The notes under the pieces are model-generated. The model did no database searches, had not been told where the DNA came from, and saw only the letters and a list, made by a program, of their open reading frames with translations. A DNA stretch of 64,000 nucleotides from Oscillospiraceae bacterium (GTDB lineage: Bacteria > Bacillota > Clostridia > Oscillospirales > CAG-272): the NCBI GenBank assembly GCA_015064255.1, contig SVSP01000006.1, positions 4,007 to 68,006 on the forward strand, read 5' to 3'. Shown piece after piece: positions 10,119-18,733 of this stretch (positions are counted from its first letter, which is position 1; the number at the start of each line of letters is the position of its first letter). The translations under genes and the position numbers were made by a program.

Positions 10119-11897
10119 ATGAACATCCCAAGACCGGAATATCCGCGCCCCCGTCTTGTCCGTGATAAATGGATAAACCTTAACGGAGAGTGGCAATTTG
10201 AGATAGACCACGCAGATACAGGTGTAGAACGTAAATTTTGGGAAAGAGACGATTTCAACAGTAAGATAATCGTTCCTTTCGTACCGGAATCAAAGCTTTC
10301 GGGTATAGAATACGTTGACTTTATGCCCGCTGTATGGTACAGAAGAACATTCAATGTTCCCGAAGAGTGGAAAGATGGAAGAGTAATTCTTCATTTCGGT
10401 GCCGTTGACTATAAATGCGAAGTTTGGATAAACGGTAGTAGCCTCGGACTTGATCCCGGCGGATACAAAAATTTCGCTTATGACGGCGCACTGCGAGGAA
10501 TAAGCGGTAAGACAGTAGGCGCTCACATCGGCGGCTACACACCGTTTGAATATGATATCACCTCGAAGCTCACAGACGGAGAAAATACAGTTGTTGTTTA
10601 TGCCGCCGACGATACAAGAAACAGACTTCAGCCGAGCGGAAAACAGAGCGACAGATATTATAACTACGGATGCCTTTATACACGCTGCACCGGAATATGG
10701 CAGACAGTTTGGCTCGAATACGTTCCCAAGACATACGTACAGAAGCTGAAGCTCACTCCCGACGTTGATAACAAAAAGCTTGACGTTGTACTCTCTCTTA
10801 ACGAAAGATACGAGGGTACAGTAAAGGTAAAGGCTCTTTACGACGGAAGAGTAGTATCTTATAAGGAAATCAAAAACGCATCCAAATACAGCGAATTTTC
10901 GCTCCCAATTGAAGAAATGCACCTTTGGTTCCCCGACTCACCCGAGCTTTACGACCTCGAAATTGAAGTTGGCGAAGACACCGTAAAATCCTATTTCGGT
11001 ATGCGTAAGGTGGCAATTAAGGGTTACGCAATCGAAATAAACGATACTCCCATTTATCAGCGACTCGTACTTGACCAAGGATACTATCCCGATGGAATCT
11101 ATACCGCACCTACAGACGAAGATCTGAAGCGCGATATAGAGCTTTCCAAGAAGGTCGGATTTAACGGTGCAAGACTTCATATGAAGGTATTTGAACCAAG
11201 ACTTTCTTATTGGGCAGACAAGCTAGGATATCTCCTCTGGGGCGAATATCCCAACTGGGGACTTGATGAAGGCGATCCTGCCGCTATGCTCTCAATGCTT
11301 CCCGAATGGCTTGAAGCCGTTGAGCGTGACTATAACAGCCCTGCGATAATCGGTTGGTGTCCGTTCAATGAAACAAGAGTTTCAAGAAAGGCACAGACAT
11401 TCATTACTGTTTATGACGTAACACGCGCAATAGATCCGATGCGCCCCATAATCGACTCGTCGGGATACGTTCACGCGAAGACGGATATATATGACGTTCA
11501 TAACTATGAACAGGATCCCGAAAAGTTCAAAGCAACCTTTATGCCGCTTATAACAGGCGAAGGCGAAGTTTTCGTCAACCATAAGGGTCACGAATTCTAC
11601 GAAGGACAGCCTTATTTCGTATCAGAATTCGGCGGAACACATTGGGATATCGATGCAGACGGAACAGTCGGCTGGGGATACGGTAAGGCTCCGGAGGATA
11701 TCGAAGAGGTTTACAGACGTTTTGAAGGTCTTGTAACTGCTCTTCTTGAAAATCCCAAGATGTGTGCGTTCTGTTATACACAGCTCACAGACGTTATGCA
11801 GGAGAAAAACGGTATATATTCGTTTGACAGAAGAGAAAAATTCGATGCTGAAAGACTTTATAAGATAATGACACAAAAGGCAGCTATCGAAAAGTAA
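10119..11897 (+). CDS. Glycoside hydrolase family 2 (paralog of the upstream gene)
   Basis: Same motifs: WCPFNE, SEFGG, YTQLTDVMQEKNG. Confidence 0.9.
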   Translation: MNIPRPEYPRPRLVRDKWINLNGEWQFEIDHADTGVERKFWERDDFNSKIIVPFVPESKLSGIEYVDFMPAVWYRRTFNVPEEWKDGRVILHFGAVDYKCEVWINGSSLGLDPGGYKNFAYDGALRGISGKTVGAHIGGYTPFEYDITSKLTDGENTVVVYAADDTRNRLQPSGKQSDRYYNYGCLYTRCTGIWQTVWLEYVPKTYVQKLKLTPDVDNKKLDVVLSLNERYEGTVKVKALYDGRVVSYKEIKNASKYSEFSLPIEEMHLWFPDSPELYDLEIEVGEDTVKSYFGMRKVAIKGYAIEINDTPIYQRLVLDQGYYPDGIYTAPTDEDLKRDIELSKKVGFNGARLHMKVFEPRLSYWADKLGYLLWGEYPNWGLDEGDPAAMLSMLPEWLEAVERDYNSPAIIGWCPFNETRVSRKAQTFITVYDVTRAIDPMRPIIDSSGYVHAKTDIYDVHNYEQDPEKFKATFMPLITGEGEVFVNHKGHEFYEGQPYFVSEFGGTHWDIDADGTVGWGYGKAPEDIEEVYRRFEGLVTALLENPKMCAFCYTQLTDVMQEKNGIYSFDRREKFDAERLYKIMTQKAAIEK

Positions 11898-11908
11898 ACT
11901 GAAATTAT

Positions 11909-11944
11909 GACAGCCGTCGAAAATATCGGCGGCTGTCGAATTTT
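11909..11944 (+). terminator. Intrinsic terminator
   Basis: Stem gacagccgtcga/tcggcggctgtc followed by a short T run. Confidence 0.65.
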
Positions 11945-11981
11945 ATCATTAGAAATTCTAAGCTATCTTTACCGGTAAGGA

Positions 11982-12010
11982 TTGACAAACAGGAAAATTT
12001 GTGGTAGAAT
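11982..12010 (+). promoter_or_regulatory. SigA-type promoter of tRNA-Arg(CCG)
   Basis: TTGACA-17 nt-TAGAAT with TG extension. Confidence 0.75.
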
Positions 12011-12033
12011 CTCAGTATCTGAAAAATATATTT

Positions 12034-12107
12034 CTGCTCGTAGCGTAGCCGGATAACGCACAAGACTCCGACTCTTGAGATCGCAGGTTCGAATCCTGTC
12101 GAGCAGG
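12034..12107 (+). tRNA. tRNA-Arg(CCG), CCA not encoded
   Basis: Cloverleaf: acceptor CTGCTCG/CGAGCAG, anticodon arm CAAGA-CTCCGAC-TCTTG, T loop TTCGAAT. Confidence 0.93.
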
Positions 12108-12169
12108 TACGCTTGGGGACGTGATAAAAGTGCTTATAACGTCCTTTTTTACTTGTTTAGGAGAGTTTT

Positions 12170-12705
12170 ATGATACTTTCAACCTTTATTGACGGAGCAC
12201 GTCACAGGCTTGGCGGAAGTCAGGAAAAAGCAGTAGAATTCGTAGCCAAAGCGGGATTTGATGCGTGGGATTTTACAATGATAGCGATGGCTTGGTATAA
12301 TCCAAAGCTTGGCAAGATAATGGACGATCATCCTCTGATGATTTTCTGAAGCATCTTGCACAGATAGACAGCCCATACTTTGTTGCCTGCCTTGATATAG
12401 GTCACGCAGAGCTACGTGACCTTGGCTCAAATGCAGTAGATATGGTAAATGCACTCGGTCCTAAGCTTCAGGCTCTGCATATTCACGATAACGATAAGAT
12501 ACTAGATCTTCATCACATTCCATTTTCCCACAGCATTGATTTTCCGCCCATTTTGAAAGCTCTCAAGGATAACGGATATAGCGGAGATTTCACACTCGAA
12601 TGTGGAATGCCAAATGACAGATGCGATGAGGAAGGTGTTCTTGAAGGACTTGCTCAAATGCGAAATGCAGTCAAACGCCTTGCTGATATGTATGAAAACC
12701 TTTAA
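12170..12705 (+). pseudogene. Sugar phosphate isomerase/epimerase (AP endonuclease 2 / xylose-isomerase-like TIM barrel) with a frameshifting internal deletion
   Basis: SD and ATG at 12170 give MILSTF...AGFDAWDF..., which stops at about 12349. Another frame from about 12336 gives DDFLKHL...CLDIGHA...LHIHDND...FTLE. The central part of the barrel is missing. Confidence 0.78.
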
Positions 12706-12706
12706 T

Positions 12707-12744
12707 AAAAAACAAGACTCAAAATAGTTTGGGTCTTGTTTTTT
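12707..12744. terminator. Bidirectional intrinsic terminator
   Basis: aaaaaacaagactc...gggtcttgtttttt between convergent genes. Confidence 0.75.
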
Positions 12745-12764
12745 ATGTTAAATAGCCTAATTTA

Positions 12765-13328
12765 TCACGTCAAAATAGCAAGAAGTTCACTTGCAACCAT
12801 TTCGATACTACCCCAGAAAAGTGTCATAGGAACGAAGTAAAGTCCCATTGTAAGAAGATCAATCGCTATGCCTTGCATAGAGTAGTTCTTTCTGCGGGAA
12901 AAGTAGTAAAGAAGTACAAGAACACAGCACGCGAAAAAGCAGAGAATTGCTGCAAAAAAGCTTACAGGATAGCTTACGGGGTGCAGTTTGGACTCGTTGA
13001 AAACCGCGTATATGTAAAGATTAAAGAGAGAGATTATTACAAGTGCTCCCGATGTAGAAAGAGCTATTGAAATAAGGGTTGTGGATACTCTGCAGAAGTT
13101 TTCTGTAAAATTCGGGAATATTACAGCGAAAAGTCCTGTAACAGATATTGCAAATCCGGTTGGAATAAACGCAAGTGCAAGAAAGAGCGACCATCTTTGA
13201 GGATCGCGGATAGTAAGCTCGCCTGTTGAGTTCCCGCTTGAAATACCCGAACAAACAAGCGGAATTATTATTCCTGAAATCAATAAAACAGCACCGATTA
13301 TAAGTGTTATTACTCCTCTTTTTTTCAT
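12765..13328 (-). CDS. Hypothetical membrane protein (about 5 TM segments)
   Basis: Several hydrophobic segments; SD GAAAGGA. Confidence 0.65.
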   Translation of the reverse strand: MKKRGVITLIIGAVLLISGIIIPLVCSGISSGNSTGELTIRDPQRWSLFLALAFIPTGFAISVTGLFAVIFPNFTENFCRVSTTLISIALSTSGALVIISLFNLYIYAVFNESKLHPVSYPVSFFAAILCFFACCVLVLLYYFSRRKNYSMQGIAIDLLTMGLYFVPMTLFWGSIEMVASELLAILT

Positions 13329-13356
13329 TGTAAAATTCCTTTCCGTAATTATTTTA

Positions 13357-13971
13357 TTATTTTAAATCCTTTTCTTTGATCTTGCGATCTTTAAAATAAT
13401 ACTGTCTGTCGTGCTCGCTTATTTCTCTGACAACTCGGCAGGGATTTCCGTAAGCTACTACGTTTGCGGGTATATCCTTGGTTACGATGCTTCCTGCACC
13501 GATAACAGAGTTGTCACCGATGGTAACTCCCGGAAGAACCACCACACCTGCACCCAGCCAACAGTTTTTTCCGATATGTACGGGAATATTATACTGATAT
13601 CCCTTTTCACGAATTTCGGGAAGAATAGGATGTCCTGCTGTCGCAATTACCACGTTTGGGCCGAACATTGTATAGTCACCGACGTAAATATGATTGTCGT
13701 CAACAAGCGTAAGGTTAAAGTTTGCATATACGTTATTGCCGAAATGTACGTGGTGTCCGCCCCAATTTGAATGAAGCGGAGGTTCGATATAACAGTTTTC
13801 ACCGATATCGGCAAACATTTCCTTCAGAAGCTTTGTTCTTTTTTCACCTTCGGAAGGGCGCGTAGCGTTAAAATCATACTGTTTCTCAAGGCAGAGAGTC
13901 TGCTGTTTCACAAGCTCTTCATCGTAAGCATTGTAGAGCTCTCCGAGATACATTTTATCTTTTACATTCAT
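13357..13971 (-). CDS. Sugar O-acetyltransferase (maltose/galactoside, LacA/Maa family)
   Basis: KDKM..GELY N-terminus, IEPP, hexapeptide repeats, GNPCRV. Confidence 0.9.
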   Translation of the reverse strand: MNVKDKMYLGELYNAYDEELVKQQTLCLEKQYDFNATRPSEGEKRTKLLKEMFADIGENCYIEPPLHSNWGGHHVHFGNNVYANFNLTLVDDNHIYVGDYTMFGPNVVIATAGHPILPEIREKGYQYNIPVHIGKNCWLGAGVVVLPGVTIGDNSVIGAGSIVTKDIPANVVAYGNPCRVVREISEHDRQYYFKDRKIKEKDLK

Positions 13972-13974
13972 AAC

Positions 13975-14835
13975 TTAGTTATCTTTAGCAAAATTTTCTG
14001 CTGCGGTAAGAGTATTTTTAAGAAGCATAGTTATTGTCATAGGTCCGACACCGCCGGGAACGGGAGTTATGTATGATGCTATTTCGGAAACACCTGCAAA
14101 ATCCACGTCGCCTGTAAGCTTTCCGTCTGCGCGTCTGTTCATTCCGACGTCAATAACAACAGCACCCGGTTTTACCATATCGGCTGTAATAAAATCAGCC
14201 TTTCCGATAGCAACTACGAGTATATCAGCACGTCTGGTAACCTCTGCAAGATCCTTTGTGCGTGAATGGCAAATTGTAACCGTACCGTTAGCCTGCAAGA
14301 GAAGCATAGCCATAGGCTTACCTACGATATTGCTTCTTCCGACAACCACACATTCTTTCCCGGAAATCTCGATTTCGCTGGCTCTGAGAAGCTCTATAAC
14401 ACCTGCGGGAGTGCAGGGAAGGAAGCTGTAATTTCCTATCATTATGCGTCCTACGTTTGATTCGTGGAAAGCATCAACGTCCTTTTCGGGAGAAATGCGC
14501 GCGATAACCTCTTCGCTGTCAAGATGCTTCGGGAGGGGAAGCTGAACAAGTATTCCGTGAACGCTCTCATCCGCATTAAGCTTGTCTATAAGATCGTTCA
14601 GTTCTTCACGAGTCGTGTTTTCGGGAAGCTCATATACTCTCGAATTAAACCCAACCTGTTCGCATCCGAGCTTTTTGTTGCGGACATATACTTTGGAAGC
14701 AGGGTCTTCGCCTACGATAATTACCGAAAGACCGGGAGCAAATCCGTAAGTTTTCTTGAAATTTTCTGTATCTTCTGCAATTTTTGTTCTACAAGAAAGG
14801 CTTATTGCCTTACCATCAATTATTTTTGCTGCCAT
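13975..14835 (-). CDS. folD: Bifunctional methylenetetrahydrofolate dehydrogenase/cyclohydrolase
   Basis: GILVQLPLP, PCTPAG, GRSNIVGKP and TPVPGGVGPMT. Confidence 0.97.
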   Translation of the reverse strand: MAAKIIDGKAISLSCRTKIAEDTENFKKTYGFAPGLSVIIVGEDPASKVYVRNKKLGCEQVGFNSRVYELPENTTREELNDLIDKLNADESVHGILVQLPLPKHLDSEEVIARISPEKDVDAFHESNVGRIMIGNYSFLPCTPAGVIELLRASEIEISGKECVVVGRSNIVGKPMAMLLLQANGTVTICHSRTKDLAEVTRRADILVVAIGKADFITADMVKPGAVVIDVGMNRRADGKLTGDVDFAGVSEIASYITPVPGGVGPMTITMLLKNTLTAAENFAKDN

Positions 14836-14859
14836 TTTGATGTTCCTTTCGATAACAAG

Positions 14860-15987
14860 TTATTCATTTGTGGGTTCTTCGGTTTCGGAAGAGCTTTCTT
14901 CTGACTTTTCTTCGGTCAGATCTTCACCGTCATTATTTTCTTCTGTTTTTGTATTTTCTTCTGTAACTTCTTCTGTTTCTTCGTCGGAAGCTTCATCTGC
15001 CTCTATATTTTCGGGAGAAATATCCAAAACATTTTCTTCCGATTTTTCTTCGTTCTTTTTGTAAAGCATATTAACATCGTAGTCGTAATCGGAATCTTTT
15101 CCGTCTTCAACTTCGTAAGGAATATACTTGGGAGATTCTGCTGTGTAAATACATCTTACGACGTGACGCTTACGGTTCTTTATAAACAGCACTATAATAA
15201 GTACAAGGCTTACAACAAAGAGCGCAAAAGCAAGAAGCTGCGATACTCTGAACTGTCCGATATAAAGGCTGTCCTGTCTGAGTCCTTCGATAAACATACG
15301 TCCGAATCCGTACCAGGATACTGCCATAAGGAATATCTGTCCGTCGAATTTGCGTTTCTTGAACAGGATAGAAAGAATGATACAGCCCAAAAGATTCCAA
15401 AGCGACTCGTAAAGGAATGTAGGGTGAACGTATATAGCCGTACCCGATTCATAAGAGAGCTTCATACGACAGAATATGTCGGTTTCAGCGCCGTAGGCTT
15501 CCATATTGAAGAAGTTGCCCCAACGTCCCATAGACTGAGCAAGAAGCACACCGGGGAATCCGCAGTCAAGAAGAGTAAGCACGTGCATCTTCTTGATTTT
15601 GAGCGCAATAACTATTCCAACAACACCGAATATAAGACCGCCATATATTGCAAGACCGCCGTTCCATACGGCTATAAAATCAATAAACTCGCTGTAATTA
15701 CTCGGATTTTTCAGATAATCGAAGAAAACGTAGTAAACACGCGCTCCGATAACACCGGGTATAACGGCGCAGAGCGTAAGGTCGATAAGGTCGTCAAAGA
15801 TCAGACCGTGGCGTTTTGCGTGCAGATATGTATATATGAATGCGGCAATAATTCCGCTGACTATTATTATAGCGTACCATCTTATTTCAAGGTTTCCTAG
15901 TTCAAGCGCAACACTGTCAACGTGAAAATCCTTGATTCCGAGATCGGGAAATCCAATATAATAATAGAGAAGTGCAAGTGGTGACAT
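14860..15987 (-). CDS. lgt: Prolipoprotein diacylglyceryl transferase with acidic C-terminal tail
   Basis: IRWYA, GARVYYV, GGLAIYGG, GRWGNFFN.EAYG and HPTFLYES. Confidence 0.95.
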   Translation of the reverse strand: MSPLALLYYYIGFPDLGIKDFHVDSVALELGNLEIRWYAIIIVSGIIAAFIYTYLHAKRHGLIFDDLIDLTLCAVIPGVIGARVYYVFFDYLKNPSNYSEFIDFIAVWNGGLAIYGGLIFGVVGIVIALKIKKMHVLTLLDCGFPGVLLAQSMGRWGNFFNMEAYGAETDIFCRMKLSYESGTAIYVHPTFLYESLWNLLGCIILSILFKKRKFDGQIFLMAVSWYGFGRMFIEGLRQDSLYIGQFRVSQLLAFALFVVSLVLIIVLFIKNRKRHVVRCIYTAESPKYIPYEVEDGKDSDYDYDVNMLYKKNEEKSEENVLDISPENIEADEASDEETEEVTEENTKTEENNDGEDLTEEKSEESSSETEEPTNE

Positions 15988-16032
15988 TTTCTGTGTGATT
16001 CCGATATGATCGGAACGTCCTCCTTTTTTTAT

Positions 16033-17352
16033 TTAATTCTCCTTGGGCAAAATCGTAGCGAGAGTATAATACTTTTCGTCGAACATCTCTCTGAGCGCGC
16101 TGTTTACGTCATCGAGAGTTATCTTCTCGAACATCTCAATATAATCGAAAATATCGTAATCTTCCATTATGAAAGAGAGAAATTCGTTTGCAATACTTCC
16201 GACGGAATCAAATATTCCGATAAGCGCACCGTAAGATGAACGAAGGACGCGGGTAAACGTTTCATCGTCAATTCCTGTCTTCTTCATTTCTTCTACGTAC
16301 TTTTTAAAGCGATCAAATACTTCTTCGGGATTTTCAGATTCGCCCGAAAGCTCGATAAACGAGAATGCGCGGTTATGATCGGAGTAAGATGAAAGCGGAT
16401 TTCTTATAACGCCTTCTTCATAAAGTGAAACGGAAAAGGGCGAACTCTGTCCGAAAAGACATTCTGTAAGAGTTTCGACCACAACGCGTTTTCTGAGGCG
16501 CTCTGCGGCGGTTTCGGATATCATAATATCTTTTACTCCGATAGAGAATATCGGCTTTGAAACCTGCATTTTTCGCGTGAAGCGGTCGGATACGACCTCT
16601 TCACATTCTTCAGTCTTTGACCATATGCTTTCAATATCAACCTCTGGGGCATCCTTAAGTATACTGTCGCAGACCGATATAACGTCGTTCACGTCAATAT
16701 CTCCGCAAACGCAAAGAGCCATATTGTTAAGATTATAGAACGTGTTGTAGCATTTGTACAGTATTTCGGGAGTTATATGGGAAATAGATTTTACCGTTCC
16801 GACGATTTCTGTGCGCACGTTATTTGAAGCATACATAGCTTTAAGCATACCGAAGAAGAGGGCATTGTGTACGTTATCCTCGTACATACGGATTTCCTGA
16901 CCGATGATTCCTTGCTCCTTGGCAACGTTTTCATCGGTAAAATAGGGAGAAGTAACGCCTTTCAAAAGGATTTCAAGCGATTCCTTGAAATTTTCGGTAC
17001 ACGAGAAGAGATACATCGTGTGCATAAAAGAAGTGTACGCATTTGCTGAAGCACCTGTTCTTGCAAACTTCTCAAACAGATCCTCTCCGTCTTCATTTTC
17101 AAACATCTTATGCTCAAGGAAATGCGCGATTCCGTCGGGCACGTTTACAAATTCGCTGTTCTTGTCGATGCGAAAGCAGTTATCTATCGAGCCGTACTTA
17201 GTACCGAAAAGAGCATACGCACTTGTAAGTTCTTTCGGGAAAATATATACGGCAAGTCCGCTTTTATGTTTGAAATAATAATATTTTTCTCCGAGTTTTT
17301 TATTTTCACGGATCTTAAAATCATTTACGGTCATATTATCAAACCCTTTCAC
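16033..17352 (-). CDS. M16 family zinc peptidase (YmfH-like)
   Basis: PDGIAHFLEHKMF (HxxEH), ANAYTS, KEQGIIGQEI. Confidence 0.9.
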   Translation of the reverse strand: MKGFDNMTVNDFKIRENKKLGEKYYYFKHKSGLAVYIFPKELTSAYALFGTKYGSIDNCFRIDKNSEFVNVPDGIAHFLEHKMFENEDGEDLFEKFARTGASANAYTSFMHTMYLFSCTENFKESLEILLKGVTSPYFTDENVAKEQGIIGQEIRMYEDNVHNALFFGMLKAMYASNNVRTEIVGTVKSISHITPEILYKCYNTFYNLNNMALCVCGDIDVNDVISVCDSILKDAPEVDIESIWSKTEECEEVVSDRFTRKMQVSKPIFSIGVKDIMISETAAERLRKRVVVETLTECLFGQSSPFSVSLYEEGVIRNPLSSYSDHNRAFSFIELSGESENPEEVFDRFKKYVEEMKKTGIDDETFTRVLRSSYGALIGIFDSVGSIANEFLSFIMEDYDIFDYIEMFEKITLDDVNSALREMFDEKYYTLATILPKEN

Positions 17353-18677
17353 TCATCATCTTCTTCGTCCTCATCGACACCTTCAGGAGAAAGCGTTCCC
17401 TTAAGGAAGTAAACCGTATCGACAGAAAGTCTTGAAGCCGACTCGACAAGCTCTTCTTTGGTAACAGAAAGAATTTTTTCTGCGACTTCTTCGGGTGAGT
17501 CGTTTCTGTCTGCGAAAGACCTTGTCAAATACCAAGAAACAAGTCCCGAGGGGCTGTCGGTAAGCTCTCTGTACGCATTTACAAGTGATTTTTTTGCGCT
17601 GTCTATCTCAAAATCGGATATATTGCCATTCTTAAGAAATTCAAGCTGTTCTAAAACAGCGTTTTTAGCCTTTTCAAAATTATCTACTTCAATACCGCTT
17701 GCTATCGTCATAATACCTTTAAGTGCGTTAGGACGCGAGCTGCAATAGTAGCAAAGGCTCATTTTTTCACGCACGTTCATAAAGAGCTTGCTTGTAGGAG
17801 AAGATCCGAGAATCGAATTAAGCAACGCAAAAACGTGATAATCTTCGTCACTGAGTGCATATCCGCTGCGCAGACCTATTGCGAGCTTACCCTGTGCCAC
17901 AGGTTGTTCCTCGATAACCGTTTTGATTTCCGAAGGTGCGCTTCTTCTTATTTCGGTCTCGATCTTTACAGAAGCGGAAGTATCAAAATTTCTGAAAATT
18001 TCTTTAAATTTCGATATAAGCAGAGAAGCGTCCGCACTTCCGGCGTAGTAAATATCAACAGCGGTACCTCCGGGAAGCTTTGTATAGTACTCGTAAAGTT
18101 CTTTCGCATTGACAGACGAAACGCTCTCGATGGTTCCACTCGGTGAAACAGAGAAGCGTTCGTCTGCACACATAATTTCTTCACAGCGCCTTACCGAATA
18201 AGAAGCGGGATTGTTTATACAAGCCTTAATTCTGCCGCACAGCTTTGTTTTTTCGCTCTCTACGATAGATTCATAAAACGTGCCTTTTTCGTCAATAAGC
18301 GGATTTTTCAGAAGCTCCGATATAAGGTCAACAATCTCACCTAAAATATCGGTATCGTCAAATGCGTAGCGGTTTTCCGGAAAAGAAGAATACAGTCCGA
18401 ATATATGAGCTTCACCCATAAGCATATTTACAGGATCGATAGACGCCCCGTATAAAGACTGAAGCTTTGTATTAAGTGCCGTCATCGTGGGATACTTTTT
18501 GCACACACGAGTCAAAATTTCAGGAATAAGTGCATTCTTCGGAGCCTCTTTTTCATCGGCAGGGCGAGAAAAATAGACCGAAAGATATGAGATCTTGAAT
18601 TTTTCACTCGGTATCACATTCAAAGTAACCGACGGATATAAGTTAATTCTTTTTATATTATTCAAATCCCGATTCAC
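17349..18677 (-). CDS. M16 family peptidase, non-catalytic partner (YmfF-like)
   Basis: SKLFMNVREKMSLCYY C-domain motif; lacks HxxEH; overlaps the YmfH-like gene. Confidence 0.85.
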   Translation of the reverse strand: MNRDLNNIKRINLYPSVTLNVIPSEKFKISYLSVYFSRPADEKEAPKNALIPEILTRVCKKYPTMTALNTKLQSLYGASIDPVNMLMGEAHIFGLYSSFPENRYAFDDTDILGEIVDLISELLKNPLIDEKGTFYESIVESEKTKLCGRIKACINNPASYSVRRCEEIMCADERFSVSPSGTIESVSSVNAKELYEYYTKLPGGTAVDIYYAGSADASLLISKFKEIFRNFDTSASVKIETEIRRSAPSEIKTVIEEQPVAQGKLAIGLRSGYALSDEDYHVFALLNSILGSSPTSKLFMNVREKMSLCYYCSSRPNALKGIMTIASGIEVDNFEKAKNAVLEQLEFLKNGNISDFEIDSAKKSLVNAYRELTDSPSGLVSWYLTRSFADRNDSPEEVAEKILSVTKEELVESASRLSVDTVYFLKGTLSPEGVDEDEEDDE

Positions 18678-18733
18678 CGTCTTTCAAAAGATTTATTAAC
18701 TATTATAACATATCTTTTAATGATTTTCAACCG

